A stretch of 64,000 nucleotides of DNA, from positions 1 to 64,000 of the IMG/VR virus record IMGVR_UViG_3300027991_000002; one strand, written 5' to 3'. Of this stretch, positions 19,025-26,949 are shown in pieces. The notes below the pieces were generated by a model that was given only the letters and a program-made list of their open reading frames with translations, was not told the origin of the DNA and did no database searches. This stretch comes from a virus. Lineage: Duplodnaviria; Caudoviricetes. The first letter of the stretch is position 1; each line of letters opens with the position of its first letter. The position numbers were made by a program, and so were the translations under genes.

Positions 19025-19060
19025 TATTTCTTGCATATAGATAAACATTTACTATATTTG
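19023..19060 (+). promoter_or_regulatory. Bacteroidota-type promoter, third copy of the 14-mer
   Basis: AATATTTCTTGCAT 19023-19036 and TATATTTG 19053-19060. Confidence 0.7.
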
Positions 19061-19079
19061 CACTCACATTTTAATCCAC

Positions 19080-19313
19080 ATGGCAAAGCAAAAAAACATC
19101 GCAGAGCATAAATTAAAAATGCAGAAACTCTCGGAAGAACTGAAAGGGAATTTGCCACGCGTGGCAATGGAAGCGAAAGTAACAATTACCACCGTCATGC
19201 GCGTACTTAATAACGAGTATGTTAATTGGGAAGTAATCCGCGCAGCCATTAAAGTCAGAAACAAAATCATTCAGGAAAAACTGCAACAACAAAAACTGCT
19301 TTCAAAAATATGA
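19080..19313 (+). CDS. HTH-like regulator (77 aa)
   Basis: LPRVAMEAKVTITTVMRVLN. Confidence 0.55.
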   Translation: MAKQKNIAEHKLKMQKLSEELKGNLPRVAMEAKVTITTVMRVLNNEYVNWEVIRAAIKVRNKIIQEKLQQQKLLSKI

Positions 19314-19492
19314 CCTACTCCCGCGCCCTGCTGACAAACTACTTAGCCGAACATCAGAAATGGTACAAGATAGGCGAAGCTCTGCTAAACTCCAACACAG
19401 ACCGCAAAACAAAATCCGAAGTAAGAAAAGTTTTGAAAGTAAAAGAGAAGATAATTGCTGATTTGAAAACTTCTATAAAGAAACTGAAATAA
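19310..19492 (+). CDS. Hypothetical protein (60 aa)
   Basis: Coupled ORF. Confidence 0.5.
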   Translation: MTYSRALLTNYLAEHQKWYKIGEALLNSNTDRKTKSEVRKVLKVKEKIIADLKTSIKKLK

Positions 19493-19698
19493 TGGACACA
19501 ACTACTCCCGCTTTTCCGTTACCACAGGAAAGCGATAATACAGAGAGACAAGGTTTAACCAAACGCGAATACTTTGCGGGACTTGCTATGCAGGGGATGT
19601 TAGCATACGATAACCGACATGATATATCGGGATGGGATGCGATTGCAAAAGACGCGGTTAAATGTGCGGATGAACTTTTAAAAGAACTCGAACAATGA
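19492..19698 (+). CDS. Hypothetical phage protein (68 aa)
   Basis: PAFP..GLTKREYFAGLAMQG motif. Confidence 0.6.
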   Translation: MDTTTPAFPLPQESDNTERQGLTKREYFAGLAMQGMLAYDNRHDISGWDAIAKDAVKCADELLKELEQ

Positions 19699-19913
19699 AA
19701 GCCACAGGCAAGTACGAATCCGAATGTTGTAGTAAACCGGCAGTAAACGTAAAACTGCTAATCAACGAGCATTACGGCTGGTGCGTAGTTTGCGGGAAGT
19801 ATGGAAGAGTATTCGACACCGGACTAAGCCAACCCCTCACCCACGCAGAACTCATAGACGGATTTAAAAATAAAAAAGATGTGCACCCTGACACAAATCA
19901 TAAACAACTATAA
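19695..19913 (+). CDS. Hypothetical Cys-containing protein (72 aa)
   Basis: SECCSKP..CVVCGK. Confidence 0.5.
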   Translation: MKATGKYESECCSKPAVNVKLLINEHYGWCVVCGKYGRVFDTGLSQPLTHAELIDGFKNKKDVHPDTNHKQL

Positions 19914-20151
19914 CTACGTCAATGAACTTGACGACAAGCTGTTGGAAACAATGGAAACAATGAAAGTAGTCCCCGAAAGCGCAAGACGGCTTCACAGAAT
20001 CTACGGCTCTGCACTTCAGCGGATAGACAAAGAACGAATCGAATGTATCAATTTCCTGTTCACTAAGTTCCGCAAGGTCGCGGCAGAAACCCCAAGAATC
20101 TGCACCATCGAAGAAGATATGAGAATCACATACAATAAATCAAAACTATGA
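19879..20151 (+). CDS. Hypothetical protein (90 aa)
   Basis: ORF only. Confidence 0.45.
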   Translation: MCTLTQIINNYNYVNELDDKLLETMETMKVVPESARRLHRIYGSALQRIDKERIECINFLFTKFRKVAAETPRICTIEEDMRITYNKSKL

Positions 20152-20215
20152 TACAAATATCCATCCTCATCACCATCTTAATTTTCAAACTTCTCATCTT
20201 CGGGAGGAAAGCAAA

Positions 20216-20395
20216 ATGAAAAACATTTTTAAAACCTACACCGCAGGGGAGGCAATCAAAAAACTCCGCCAAGACCAAAACAACTTGTGGGAGTTCATCA
20301 TGAGGCATCCTGAAATCAACTGCGAGGAGCAGAAAAAAAGATATTACGAAATTGAAAATGAGATTGAAAAACTTCAACCAAAAACAGAGCTATGA
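20216..20395 (+). CDS. Hypothetical protein (59 aa; not in the ORF track)
   Basis: MKNIFKTYTAGEAIKKLRQ..; ATGA overlap with the next ORF. Confidence 0.45.
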   Translation: MKNIFKTYTAGEAIKKLRQDQNNLWEFIMRHPEINCEEQKKRYYEIENEIEKLQPKTEL

Positions 20396-20571
20396 AAACA
20401 GATTTTCAACGCTACATGGACTTCATGCTTGCCCAGCGCGTAAAACTCGACAAGGAAATCATCAAAACATATTACCACGAAGAACTCATAAACCGAGTGG
20501 TAGAAAAAAAACTTCCAAGTGAAATATTAAAAAGCACATGGGAAGAAATATTTAACAGAAGTAATAACTAA
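20392..20571 (+). CDS. Hypothetical protein (59 aa; not in the ORF track)
   Basis: MKTDFQRYMDFMLAQR.. Confidence 0.45.
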   Translation: MKTDFQRYMDFMLAQRVKLDKEIIKTYYHEELINRVVEKKLPSEILKSTWEEIFNRSNN

Positions 20572-20587
20572 CCTAAAACCTAAAACA

Positions 20588-21274
20588 ATGGGACTCAAAG
20601 ACAAATCACATGAAAAGACAACATTCCTGAATATCGTTCAGGGAGAATTTGCAAAGCGCGTATCCGAAGGAACGCCAAACGCAATACAAAGAGAAATTGA
20701 ATATGAAGATGTAAAGAAAACCGTATGGGAAACACGCCACGAATCTCTGTCGGGCATAATCAAAAGTATCGAAATAAAAGAAGATGGAAAGTTTGGCGAC
20801 CAGCTTCTCATCAACTTGCAGGACGGAATGGACGTATTTACGGTTTCGCTCGGACTTAGCTCCCGTGAAGCCAAAGGATTCATGCTATGCCTGCCCAACA
20901 TAGACGTATCGGAAGAACTCACTTTATCGCCCTACAATTATGAGCGCAAAAAAGACGGCAAAAAAATGATAGGGCTTGGCATCACCCAAGAATCAACAGG
21001 AGTAGGCGAGTTTAAAAATGTGCCATATTATTACACCAATGAAAACGGATTACCTCATGCTGATGTTGCCCCTGATGAAAAACTTGACAAGGATGAATTT
21101 AAAATCCTGATGGCGCAAATCACAATCTTCCTGAAAAAAGAAACTAAGAAATGGATTGCATTGCATGATGGAAAAGTTGAAGAACAGAAAGCCGTTGTTC
21201 CATCAGGCGGAAGCGAAACTACCGATGACCTCCCATTTAGATTTTCACCAAATCAGTTTAAGTTCAACCTATAA
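20588..21274 (+). CDS. Putative single-stranded DNA-binding protein
   Basis: Beta-rich body with a DDLPF acidic tip near the C-terminus; located in the recombination module. Confidence 0.55.
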   Translation: MGLKDKSHEKTTFLNIVQGEFAKRVSEGTPNAIQREIEYEDVKKTVWETRHESLSGIIKSIEIKEDGKFGDQLLINLQDGMDVFTVSLGLSSREAKGFMLCLPNIDVSEELTLSPYNYERKKDGKKMIGLGITQESTGVGEFKNVPYYYTNENGLPHADVAPDEKLDKDEFKILMAQITIFLKKETKKWIALHDGKVEEQKAVVPSGGSETTDDLPFRFSPNQFKFNL

Positions 21275-21283
21275 ACCTAACCT

Positions 21284-22315
21284 ATGCAAGCAACAGAAAC
21301 GAATGCCCTTGTTCAAGTAGTTGAAACAAGCGGACTCGAACAAACTAAAGGGCAAATCCTTTTAGGAATGTTCACCCCATACTTTAACCGTATGGCAGAA
21401 ATTGAGGGTAAAATTAATTTGCTCAATAAAGAAAATCCATCTCCTCAAGATGTGAGCGCGGCAAGAGATATTCGTATCTCTCTGATGAAAGAGGTTCGCA
21501 AGCCAGCCGAGCGCGTGAAGGATGAAGGAAAAAAGTCAATCCTTATTGAAGGTCGCCTGTATGACAATCTATACGGAGTGATTAACAACACCTCCAAAGG
21601 GCTTGAAATGCAATGTGAGCAAATTGAAAAGTTCGCTGAACTTCGAGATTTAAAAATGCGTGAAGAAAGAAAGGTTAAACGAGTAGAGCAACTTTCTCCC
21701 TATGTTCCTGATATTTCATTTTACGATTTACTCAATATGCCTGACGATGCTTTTAACTCATTACTTGCTACTCAAAAAGCAGGACAAGAGGCATTGTTAG
21801 CCCAACAAAAAAGAGAAGAAGAAGAAAGAATCGCAAAGGAAAAAGCTGATGCCGAAGCGCGTGAAGCACAGAGGGTAGAAAATGAACGGCTTAAAGCAGA
21901 GGCGGCAGAAAAGGAAAGGCAACTTGCCGAAGAACGCGCAAAAGTAGAAGCGGAGCGTAAAGCCGCAGAAGAAAAGTTACGCAAGGAAAGAGCCGAAGCC
22001 GATGCTAAAATAAAAGCCGCGCAGGAAGCGCAAGCCAAGGTTGAGGCAGAATTAAAAGCCAAAGCCGATGCAGAAGAAAAAGCGAAGCGTGAAGCCGAAG
22101 CAAAAGCAGCAGCCGAACTAAAAGCACAACAAGCCGCAGAAAAGAAAGCCGCGAAAGCACCTGACAAAGAAAAACTAAATAAATGGATTTCTGATTTTGA
22201 CTTGCAACCGCTTCTCACATTAAAAGATGCTGGCGCAAAACAAATTGAAGAAGATATAGTCAGAAAGTTTTCTGCATTTAAAACATGGGCATTGCAACAA
22301 ATCGAAACGCTATGA
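21284..22315 (+). CDS. Coiled-coil protein with an E/A/K/R-rich segment (343 aa)
   Basis: Long helical low-complexity region. Confidence 0.6.
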   Translation: MQATETNALVQVVETSGLEQTKGQILLGMFTPYFNRMAEIEGKINLLNKENPSPQDVSAARDIRISLMKEVRKPAERVKDEGKKSILIEGRLYDNLYGVINNTSKGLEMQCEQIEKFAELRDLKMREERKVKRVEQLSPYVPDISFYDLLNMPDDAFNSLLATQKAGQEALLAQQKREEEERIAKEKADAEAREAQRVENERLKAEAAEKERQLAEERAKVEAERKAAEEKLRKERAEADAKIKAAQEAQAKVEAELKAKADAEEKAKREAEAKAAAELKAQQAAEKKAAKAPDKEKLNKWISDFDLQPLLTLKDAGAKQIEEDIVRKFSAFKTWALQQIETL

Positions 22316-23322
22316 ACACAAAAGATTTTGAAGAAGTAAAAACCGTTTGGACGGATGACATTATCATTCACAAACAGCCGTATACCGTTTACAGAATAAA
22401 AGTTGGCGGAGGAAGAATTTACTATACGCTGGATGCAGACAATAATCCTACGTTCTATATTTCGCTCACCACCCTTACCAAGCATACGCTCCCAACGGGA
22501 GAACAATTAATAAAATGGATTGCTCAAACAGGGTACTATGAGTCTAAGAGATATATGAACGAAAGAGCAAACTACGGTACTTTAATGCACATGGCAATCG
22601 GACAATTCCTTATCTTAAAGTTTTGGAACTTTGAACAGTCCGAAGATTTTATTACCAACACTATTCAAGATGGGGCTATTGATGCTATTGAACCCGATAA
22701 GTATAATGATGACCTGAATCGTGACGTTGCCGCATTCGCTCAATTTTGTGTAGAGCATAAAGTAAGACCATTGGCAATAGAACTTGTACTTGTATCTAAT
22801 AAAGGGTACGCTACTTTAATTGACCTTGTGTGCAGAATGACTATTGAGGAGAAAGGGTACTTTGGAGAAACGTACAAGTCAGGAGTACAAAAAGGAAATC
22901 CGAAAGAATCAAAACGCGAAAAAGAAATCACCGCGCTGTTAAACTTTAAATCAGGCAAGAAAGGATTTTATGAGGAGAACGAAATTCAACTTGAGTTTGA
23001 AAAGAAATTGTTTGAAGAAAATTATCCTGAAATAAAAATTGACAAGATATTTAATTGGTCGCCTAAAGATTGGAACAACTCACCAACATATAATCTGAAA
23101 GACCAATCTGATTCATTGAACAAAGAAAAGGCAGATGCCCTACTTGCTATTGCCGCGATTGAGCTTATGAAAAAAACTCCGATGGAAAGAAAGTTAGTAG
23201 GCACACTTTCGCTTGGTCAAACTCCGCAAATTGAAGACAAAACTATTTATGATATTGTCAGGGAGCGAGCCGCGAAAAGGCACGTAGAGAATGTTCCGAA
23301 GAAAGAAGAAATGGCAATTTGA
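22312..23322 (+). CDS. PD-(D/E)XK-like exonuclease/recombination protein
   Basis: YYISLTT..ANYGTLMHMAI..AIELVL..YATLIDLVC..LNFKSG. Confidence 0.55.
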   Translation: MNTKDFEEVKTVWTDDIIIHKQPYTVYRIKVGGGRIYYTLDADNNPTFYISLTTLTKHTLPTGEQLIKWIAQTGYYESKRYMNERANYGTLMHMAIGQFLILKFWNFEQSEDFITNTIQDGAIDAIEPDKYNDDLNRDVAAFAQFCVEHKVRPLAIELVLVSNKGYATLIDLVCRMTIEEKGYFGETYKSGVQKGNPKESKREKEITALLNFKSGKKGFYEENEIQLEFEKKLFEENYPEIKIDKIFNWSPKDWNNSPTYNLKDQSDSLNKEKADALLAIAAIELMKKTPMERKLVGTLSLGQTPQIEDKTIYDIVRERAAKRHVENVPKKEEMAI

Positions 23323-23355
23323 AACAGTTGAATAGCCCCTCATGTAAACCAATAG

Positions 23356-23445
23356 ATAGAACGAAGAAGCACTAACGAATGTAAAATTTTTGCCATTGAA
23401 AACAGACAGATTAAAAATTTTATTTCGCTTTGTGCTGTGTTATGC
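23356..23445 (-). mobile_element. attC-like site 11 (90 bp, terminal)
   Basis: ATAGAAC..agcactaacgaatgtaaaattttt / aaaaattttatttcgctttgtgct..GTTATGC. Confidence 0.7.
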
Positions 23446-23531
23446 GAGTGCGCATGGATTTTATGCGGTGGGGTTCGTTCTTTTTTCTGTTTTCAATTTT
23501 TAGCGTTGGCATTAATTAAACAATCATAAAT

Positions 23532-23948
23532 ATGAAAAGGCAACAAACAATAGTATCGGAAAAAGAAATCCTGAAACTCGGTGGAGTTGATAAGGGATAT
23601 AAATTTGAACGCACCAAGCATGAACATGGGGATAGAGAAAAAATATTCTATAAGCAATGGAAGAAGGAAAATAAGCAGTTACGATGGCTAAACTTCGGGC
23701 AGGGAATATTGCAGGATTTATTTGCCATTACTGGTAATAATCCTTTCAACTTTATGAGGGGAGGATTGATAGGTTGGAAATTAATAATCAACAGGAGGGA
23801 TAGATACATTGTGGCAACAGTGATGCAATGGCTCGGAACAAATTGCGGTTGGTGCTGGCTTGAAGAAACACTTAGGAAGTGCGGGTACAGATTAGAAAAA
23901 ATTGAGCGGGAGGAAAAAATTGAAAACAGAAAAAAGAATGTCGCATAA
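23532..23948 (+). CDS. Cassette gene, hypothetical (138 aa)
   Basis: Stop TAA lies inside the GCATAAC core box. Confidence 0.65.
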   Translation: MKRQQTIVSEKEILKLGGVDKGYKFERTKHEHGDREKIFYKQWKKENKQLRWLNFGQGILQDLFAITGNNPFNFMRGGLIGWKLIINRRDRYIVATVMQWLGTNCGWCWLEETLRKCGYRLEKIEREEKIENRKKNVA

Positions 23949-24000
23949 CGGCAAACGCTTTATGCCGTTATTTTCAATGGCATTAAAGCGTATGTTCTAT
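23943..24000 (-). mobile_element. attC-like site 10 (58 bp)
   Basis: Minus strand: ATAGAAC-ATA-CGCTTTAATGCC-loop-GGCATAAAGCG-TTTGCC-GTTATGC. Confidence 0.85.
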
Positions 24001-24025
24001 TTAGGTTTTTAAAATTCTTTGAGCG

Positions 24026-24238
24026 ATGGCAAACAAAATATGCAGAATAACAATATTAGCTTTCATGTTCGGAGATATACCGAAAGGAATTGAGAACGGA
24101 TATGATGATTGGGACTTAGAAAACGGAATACAATATTGTGAAGAATTGATGCGCTATGAAGGAATGACACATGAACCGATGGATAAGTTTGAGTTGAAGA
24201 AATATATTGAATGGGCAAAACAGAAATTGAAAGAGTGA
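24026..24238 (+). CDS. Cassette gene, hypothetical (70 aa)
   Basis: ORF lies between matching cassette-end IRs. Confidence 0.6.
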   Translation: MANKICRITILAFMFGDIPKGIENGYDDWDLENGIQYCEELMRYEGMTHEPMDKFELKKYIEWAKQKLKE

Positions 24239-24261
24239 GTGTGGCAATTTTAAAAACTTGA

Positions 24262-24598
24262 ATAGAACGTTGCTCGGATTGAAGAATGTAAATTAAAATT
24301 ATAGCGATGCACAAGAACAGAACAGCAAACGGATTAAGGTTGCAAGAGCAACATAACCAACGTTACAAGAAAATGTTGATAGGAAAAAAAGCGAAGGACG
24401 GGCGAACGGTTATTAACACAGAATGGATTGGAAACAGCACATACGGATGTGTTCGATTATTTTTCGATAATCAAACCGATGATTTATGTAGTAGTACAAT
24501 GGGATTTAAACCGACAAGAGAGGATTTTACAGACAGGTACGGAATTACATGGTGAGCGATGGCAATTTTAATTTATTTCTTTCAATCTGGTGTTAGTT
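24262..24598 (-). mobile_element. attC-like site 9 (337 bp, gene in loop)
   Basis: ATAGAAC..ggattgaagaatgtaaattaaaatt / aattttaatttatttctttcaatct..GTTAGTT. Confidence 0.8.
24307..24555 (+). CDS. Cassette gene inside the attC loop, hypothetical (82 aa)
   Basis: ORF bracketed by AGCGATG direct repeats. Confidence 0.6.
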   Translation: MHKNRTANGLRLQEQHNQRYKKMLIGKKAKDGRTVINTEWIGNSTYGCVRLFFDNQTDDLCSSTMGFKPTREDFTDRYGITW

Positions 24599-24628
24599 TT
24601 AGTTTTTAACAGGCAAACAAAATAGAAA

Positions 24629-24820
24629 ATGGAAAAGTTATCAGACAAAGCAGAAAAGAGAATTAAGAAAATCTATCCTGATGCGAGGGCAGAGAGGGAT
24701 GGCGCAATGTTCTTTATAGTAACTGACTTACTTAAAGGAGAGGACAGAACTTTAGGTGGTGGATTTAGCAGAGATGGCGCGTGGTGTAGCGCGGGTTGCT
24801 CTGTGCCTGTTAAAAATTGA
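24629..24820 (+). CDS. Cassette gene, hypothetical (63 aa)
   Basis: Stop codon abuts the AACTAAC core box. Confidence 0.6.
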   Translation: MEKLSDKAEKRIKKIYPDARAERDGAMFFIVTDLLKGEDRTLGGGFSRDGAWCSAGCSVPVKN

Positions 24821-25166
24821 AACTAACGAGGAAGGATTTGTGAAGTAAAATTTTCGATTAAAAACTATAACCTTTAAAAACAGAAAAGCGATGGAAGTAA
24901 AAGGATTTTATATCAGAAGCAATGGCGACCCTTCGGTTGGTATATTCTCTGCTCAATGGGAATTGCGAAATGACTTCGTATTTGACGACATAGAAGATTT
25001 GGAATATTTCAGGTCGGGGCTTGCGCGTTTGCTCGGTGAGCATTGCGGGGAGAGGTGCTATGTGCAAACTTTTGAGGAGTGGGCTGAACAAATTAAATTA
25101 GAAGAAAAAATGTGTAGTGACGCACAGAAGGAAGAAAATTTTATTTCATCAAATCCTGTGTTGTCG
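24821..25166 (-). mobile_element. attC-like site 8 (346 bp)
   Basis: AACTAAC..aggatttgtgaagtaaaatt / aattttatttcatcaaatcct..GTTGTCG. Confidence 0.8.
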
Positions 25167-25253
25167 GATAGTTTGCCTTTTGATTTAGCAAGTCATCCTG
25201 ACACAGAAGCTGACGGACATGTATTCTGCGGTAAATGTGGAAAAGAAAAGTGA
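24891..25253 (+). CDS. Cassette gene, hypothetical (120 aa); starts in the attC loop and reads through the arm
   Basis: ORF track; ends 10 nt before CGACAAC. Confidence 0.6.
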   Translation: MEVKGFYIRSNGDPSVGIFSAQWELRNDFVFDDIEDLEYFRSGLARLLGEHCGERCYVQTFEEWAEQIKLEEKMCSDAQKEENFISSNPVLSDSLPFDLASHPDTEADGHVFCGKCGKEK

Positions 25254-25263
25254 GGCAAATTTC

Positions 25264-25795
25264 CGACAACGGGAAGGGGATTGAAGAATGTATTTTAATT
25301 TTTTAGCATGGGCAAACTAATGGTAACACCAATATTCCAAAACGAAGCGTTCGCGTTCATCGAACAACACCACAGGCATCATAGAAAGCCAGTAGGCAGC
25401 GTGTTTCAGATTGCAGTGAGCGAGGGTGAGCGTGTGGCAGGGGTGGCGGTTGTTGGCAGACCAAACGGACGAAAACAGCAGGACGGATTTACATTAGAAG
25501 TTACACGGCTATGCACAGACGGAACTAAAAATGCCTGCTCAATGCTTTATGCAGCTTGCTGGAGAGCAGCCAAAGAATTAGGTTATCGAAAACTGATTAC
25601 ATACATACTGAACACTGAGCCGGGGACATCATTAAAAGCAAGCGGGTGGAGATGCGTTGGGGAGCGCGGTGGCGGGAGTTGGAACGTACCGAGCCGCCCC
25701 CGTGTTGACAAACATCCGTTGCAGAAAAAATTGTTATTTGAAATCGAGTAGCGCGATGGGAAAATTAAAATATTTCTTTCAATCCCATGTTGTTG
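25264..25795 (-). mobile_element. attC-like site 7 (532 bp, gene in loop)
   Basis: CGACAAC..gggattgaagaatgtattttaatttt / aaaattaaaatatttctttcaatccc..GTTGTTG. Confidence 0.8.
25308..25751 (+). CDS. XF1762-family / Mom-like GNAT-fold protein (cassette gene in attC loop)
   Basis: FIEQHHRHH..GVAVVGRP..LEVTRLCTDG..NACSMLYAACWRAAKELGYRKLITY..SLKASGW. Confidence 0.75.
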   Translation: MGKLMVTPIFQNEAFAFIEQHHRHHRKPVGSVFQIAVSEGERVAGVAVVGRPNGRKQQDGFTLEVTRLCTDGTKNACSMLYAACWRAAKELGYRKLITYILNTEPGTSLKASGWRCVGERGGGSWNVPSRPRVDKHPLQKKLLFEIE

Positions 25796-25828
25796 GCAGC
25801 GTAGCTGAGTTTGCTTTTCGCAAATTGC

Positions 25829-26038
25829 CAACAACGTCACGCAGGATTTATGAAGGATTTTTTACGATTTTAAAACCAACAAATATGAAAACACCAAAAG
25901 AAATTTTAGAAGGAAAACAAGCATTCAAAGATTTCCTGTATAAAGCACCCGACTGGATTAGGGAAGACATTATTGCAGCAATGATGGAATACGCATTGGA
26001 GCAAGTAAAAAATCTTTCATTAAATCCTGTTGTTGTTG
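25829..26038 (-). mobile_element. attC-like site 6 (210 bp)
   Basis: CAACAAC..caggatttatgaaggattttttac / gtaaaaaatctttcattaaatcctg..GTTGTTG. Confidence 0.8.
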
Positions 26039-26145
26039 GGCGCAGCGAACAGTTAAAATCTGACTTGTACAAATTCAGGGATATGTATTGTCAAAATATT
26101 GACTTAGCTACCATAGATGAATATGTTGACGGCTTAGGATTTTAA
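25887..26145 (+). CDS. Cassette gene, hypothetical (MKTPKEILEG..)
   Basis: ATG 25887 follows an AT-rich leader; the upstream extension in the track crosses cassette boundaries and was rejected. Confidence 0.55.
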
Positions 26146-26149
26146 TTGC

Positions 26150-26280
26150 CAACAACGTTCATCGGATTTATTCTCGTTGCATTAAATGATAAAAACTTAA
26201 ACCATAAATAAAACTCATTATGAAAAACAAACCTACGATTAAAAAGAAAGCCAGCAATGGAATGAAATCCGTTGTTCATG
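26150..26280 (-). mobile_element. attC-like site 5 (131 bp)
   Basis: CAACAAC..cggatttattctcgttgc / gcaatggaatgaaatccg..GTTCATG. Confidence 0.75.
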
Positions 26281-26540
26281 GCAGTGCGGATAAATGGTCA
26301 AAAATTAAGTGGAGCAAAAAAGTTTTGCAAAAAGCGCAGGAAAATCATATCTGGTTGAACGCTTTTGATTGCGTAAGACCGACACCTGCATTCTGCGAAA
26401 GTCTTGGTAGGTCAATCATCAATAAATTACGGGATGAAGAAAATTTAATCCCGATGAGTGGCATTACATCGGATGTTGAAGCGATGCGAGAGATTGCAAA
26501 ACTTACCCCGATAATGTACATGAGCATTAACAAGAGCTAA
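26220..26540 (+). CDS. Cassette gene, hypothetical (106 aa)
   Basis: Starts in the attC loop and ends before CATGAAC. Confidence 0.6.
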   Translation: MKNKPTIKKKASNGMKSVVHGSADKWSKIKWSKKVLQKAQENHIWLNAFDCVRPTPAFCESLGRSIINKLRDEENLIPMSGITSDVEAMREIAKLTPIMYMSINKS

Positions 26541-26554
26541 GATGTGAGCATTGC

Positions 26555-26611
26555 CATGAACGGTAGAGATTGTTGCCGTTAATTTCAATGGCATACAATC
26601 TAATGTTATCT
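26555..26611 (-). mobile_element. attC-like site 4 (57 bp)
   Basis: Minus strand: AGATAAC-ATTA-GATTGTATGCC-loop-GGCAACAATC-TCTACC-GTTCATG. Confidence 0.85.
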
Positions 26612-26643
26612 GCCGTTTTGGATTAACTAAATAAATATAAATT

Positions 26644-26949
26644 ATGAAAGCAAAAGAGTATGCACAAAGGGTAACAAGTACAGAAAATGTTCAAGATGCA
26701 ATGACTGAGCTTGGCAAATGCGGAAAAGATTTTTTCAACGAATTTATCGCAATGAGAAAATCACGTAACATAAAAACCGATGATGGATTATTAACGCTGG
26801 TGAAAGAGTTCGATAATAAATTCAGAACATTTTCTGTACTTGTGGATTCACACTACAAAGGGATGGTTAAACCAAATGGATTCATTGAACTGCTTCGGGA
26901 GTTTGTTCCTGTACTTGCTAATGAATATGAAAGGAAAAATGGCAGATAA
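26644..26949 (+). CDS. Cassette gene, hypothetical (101 aa)
   Basis: Stop TAA lies inside the AGATAAC core box. Confidence 0.65.
   Translation: MKAKEYAQRVTSTENVQDAMTELGKCGKDFFNEFIAMRKSRNIKTDDGLLTLVKEFDNKFRTFSVLVDSHYKGMVKPNGFIELLREFVPVLANEYERKNGR

Noticed and set aside
22452-22458. GTTCTAT inside the exonuclease gene as the start of a 12th cassette
   Set aside because: Only the 7-mer matches, with no extended IR. It is mid-gene, and the inferred polarity needs no partner for the terminal site.
21772-22506. 244-aa minus-strand ORF, and similar shadows such as 45671-46408, 5411-5797 and 11327-11776
   Set aside because: Antisense to well-supported genes, with S/A/F-rich composition that mirrors the sense codons.
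25657-25886. N-terminal extension of the 25657-26145 ORF
   Set aside because: It overlaps the Mom-like gene and crosses attC arms and a cassette junction. ATG 25887 has a typical AT-rich leader.
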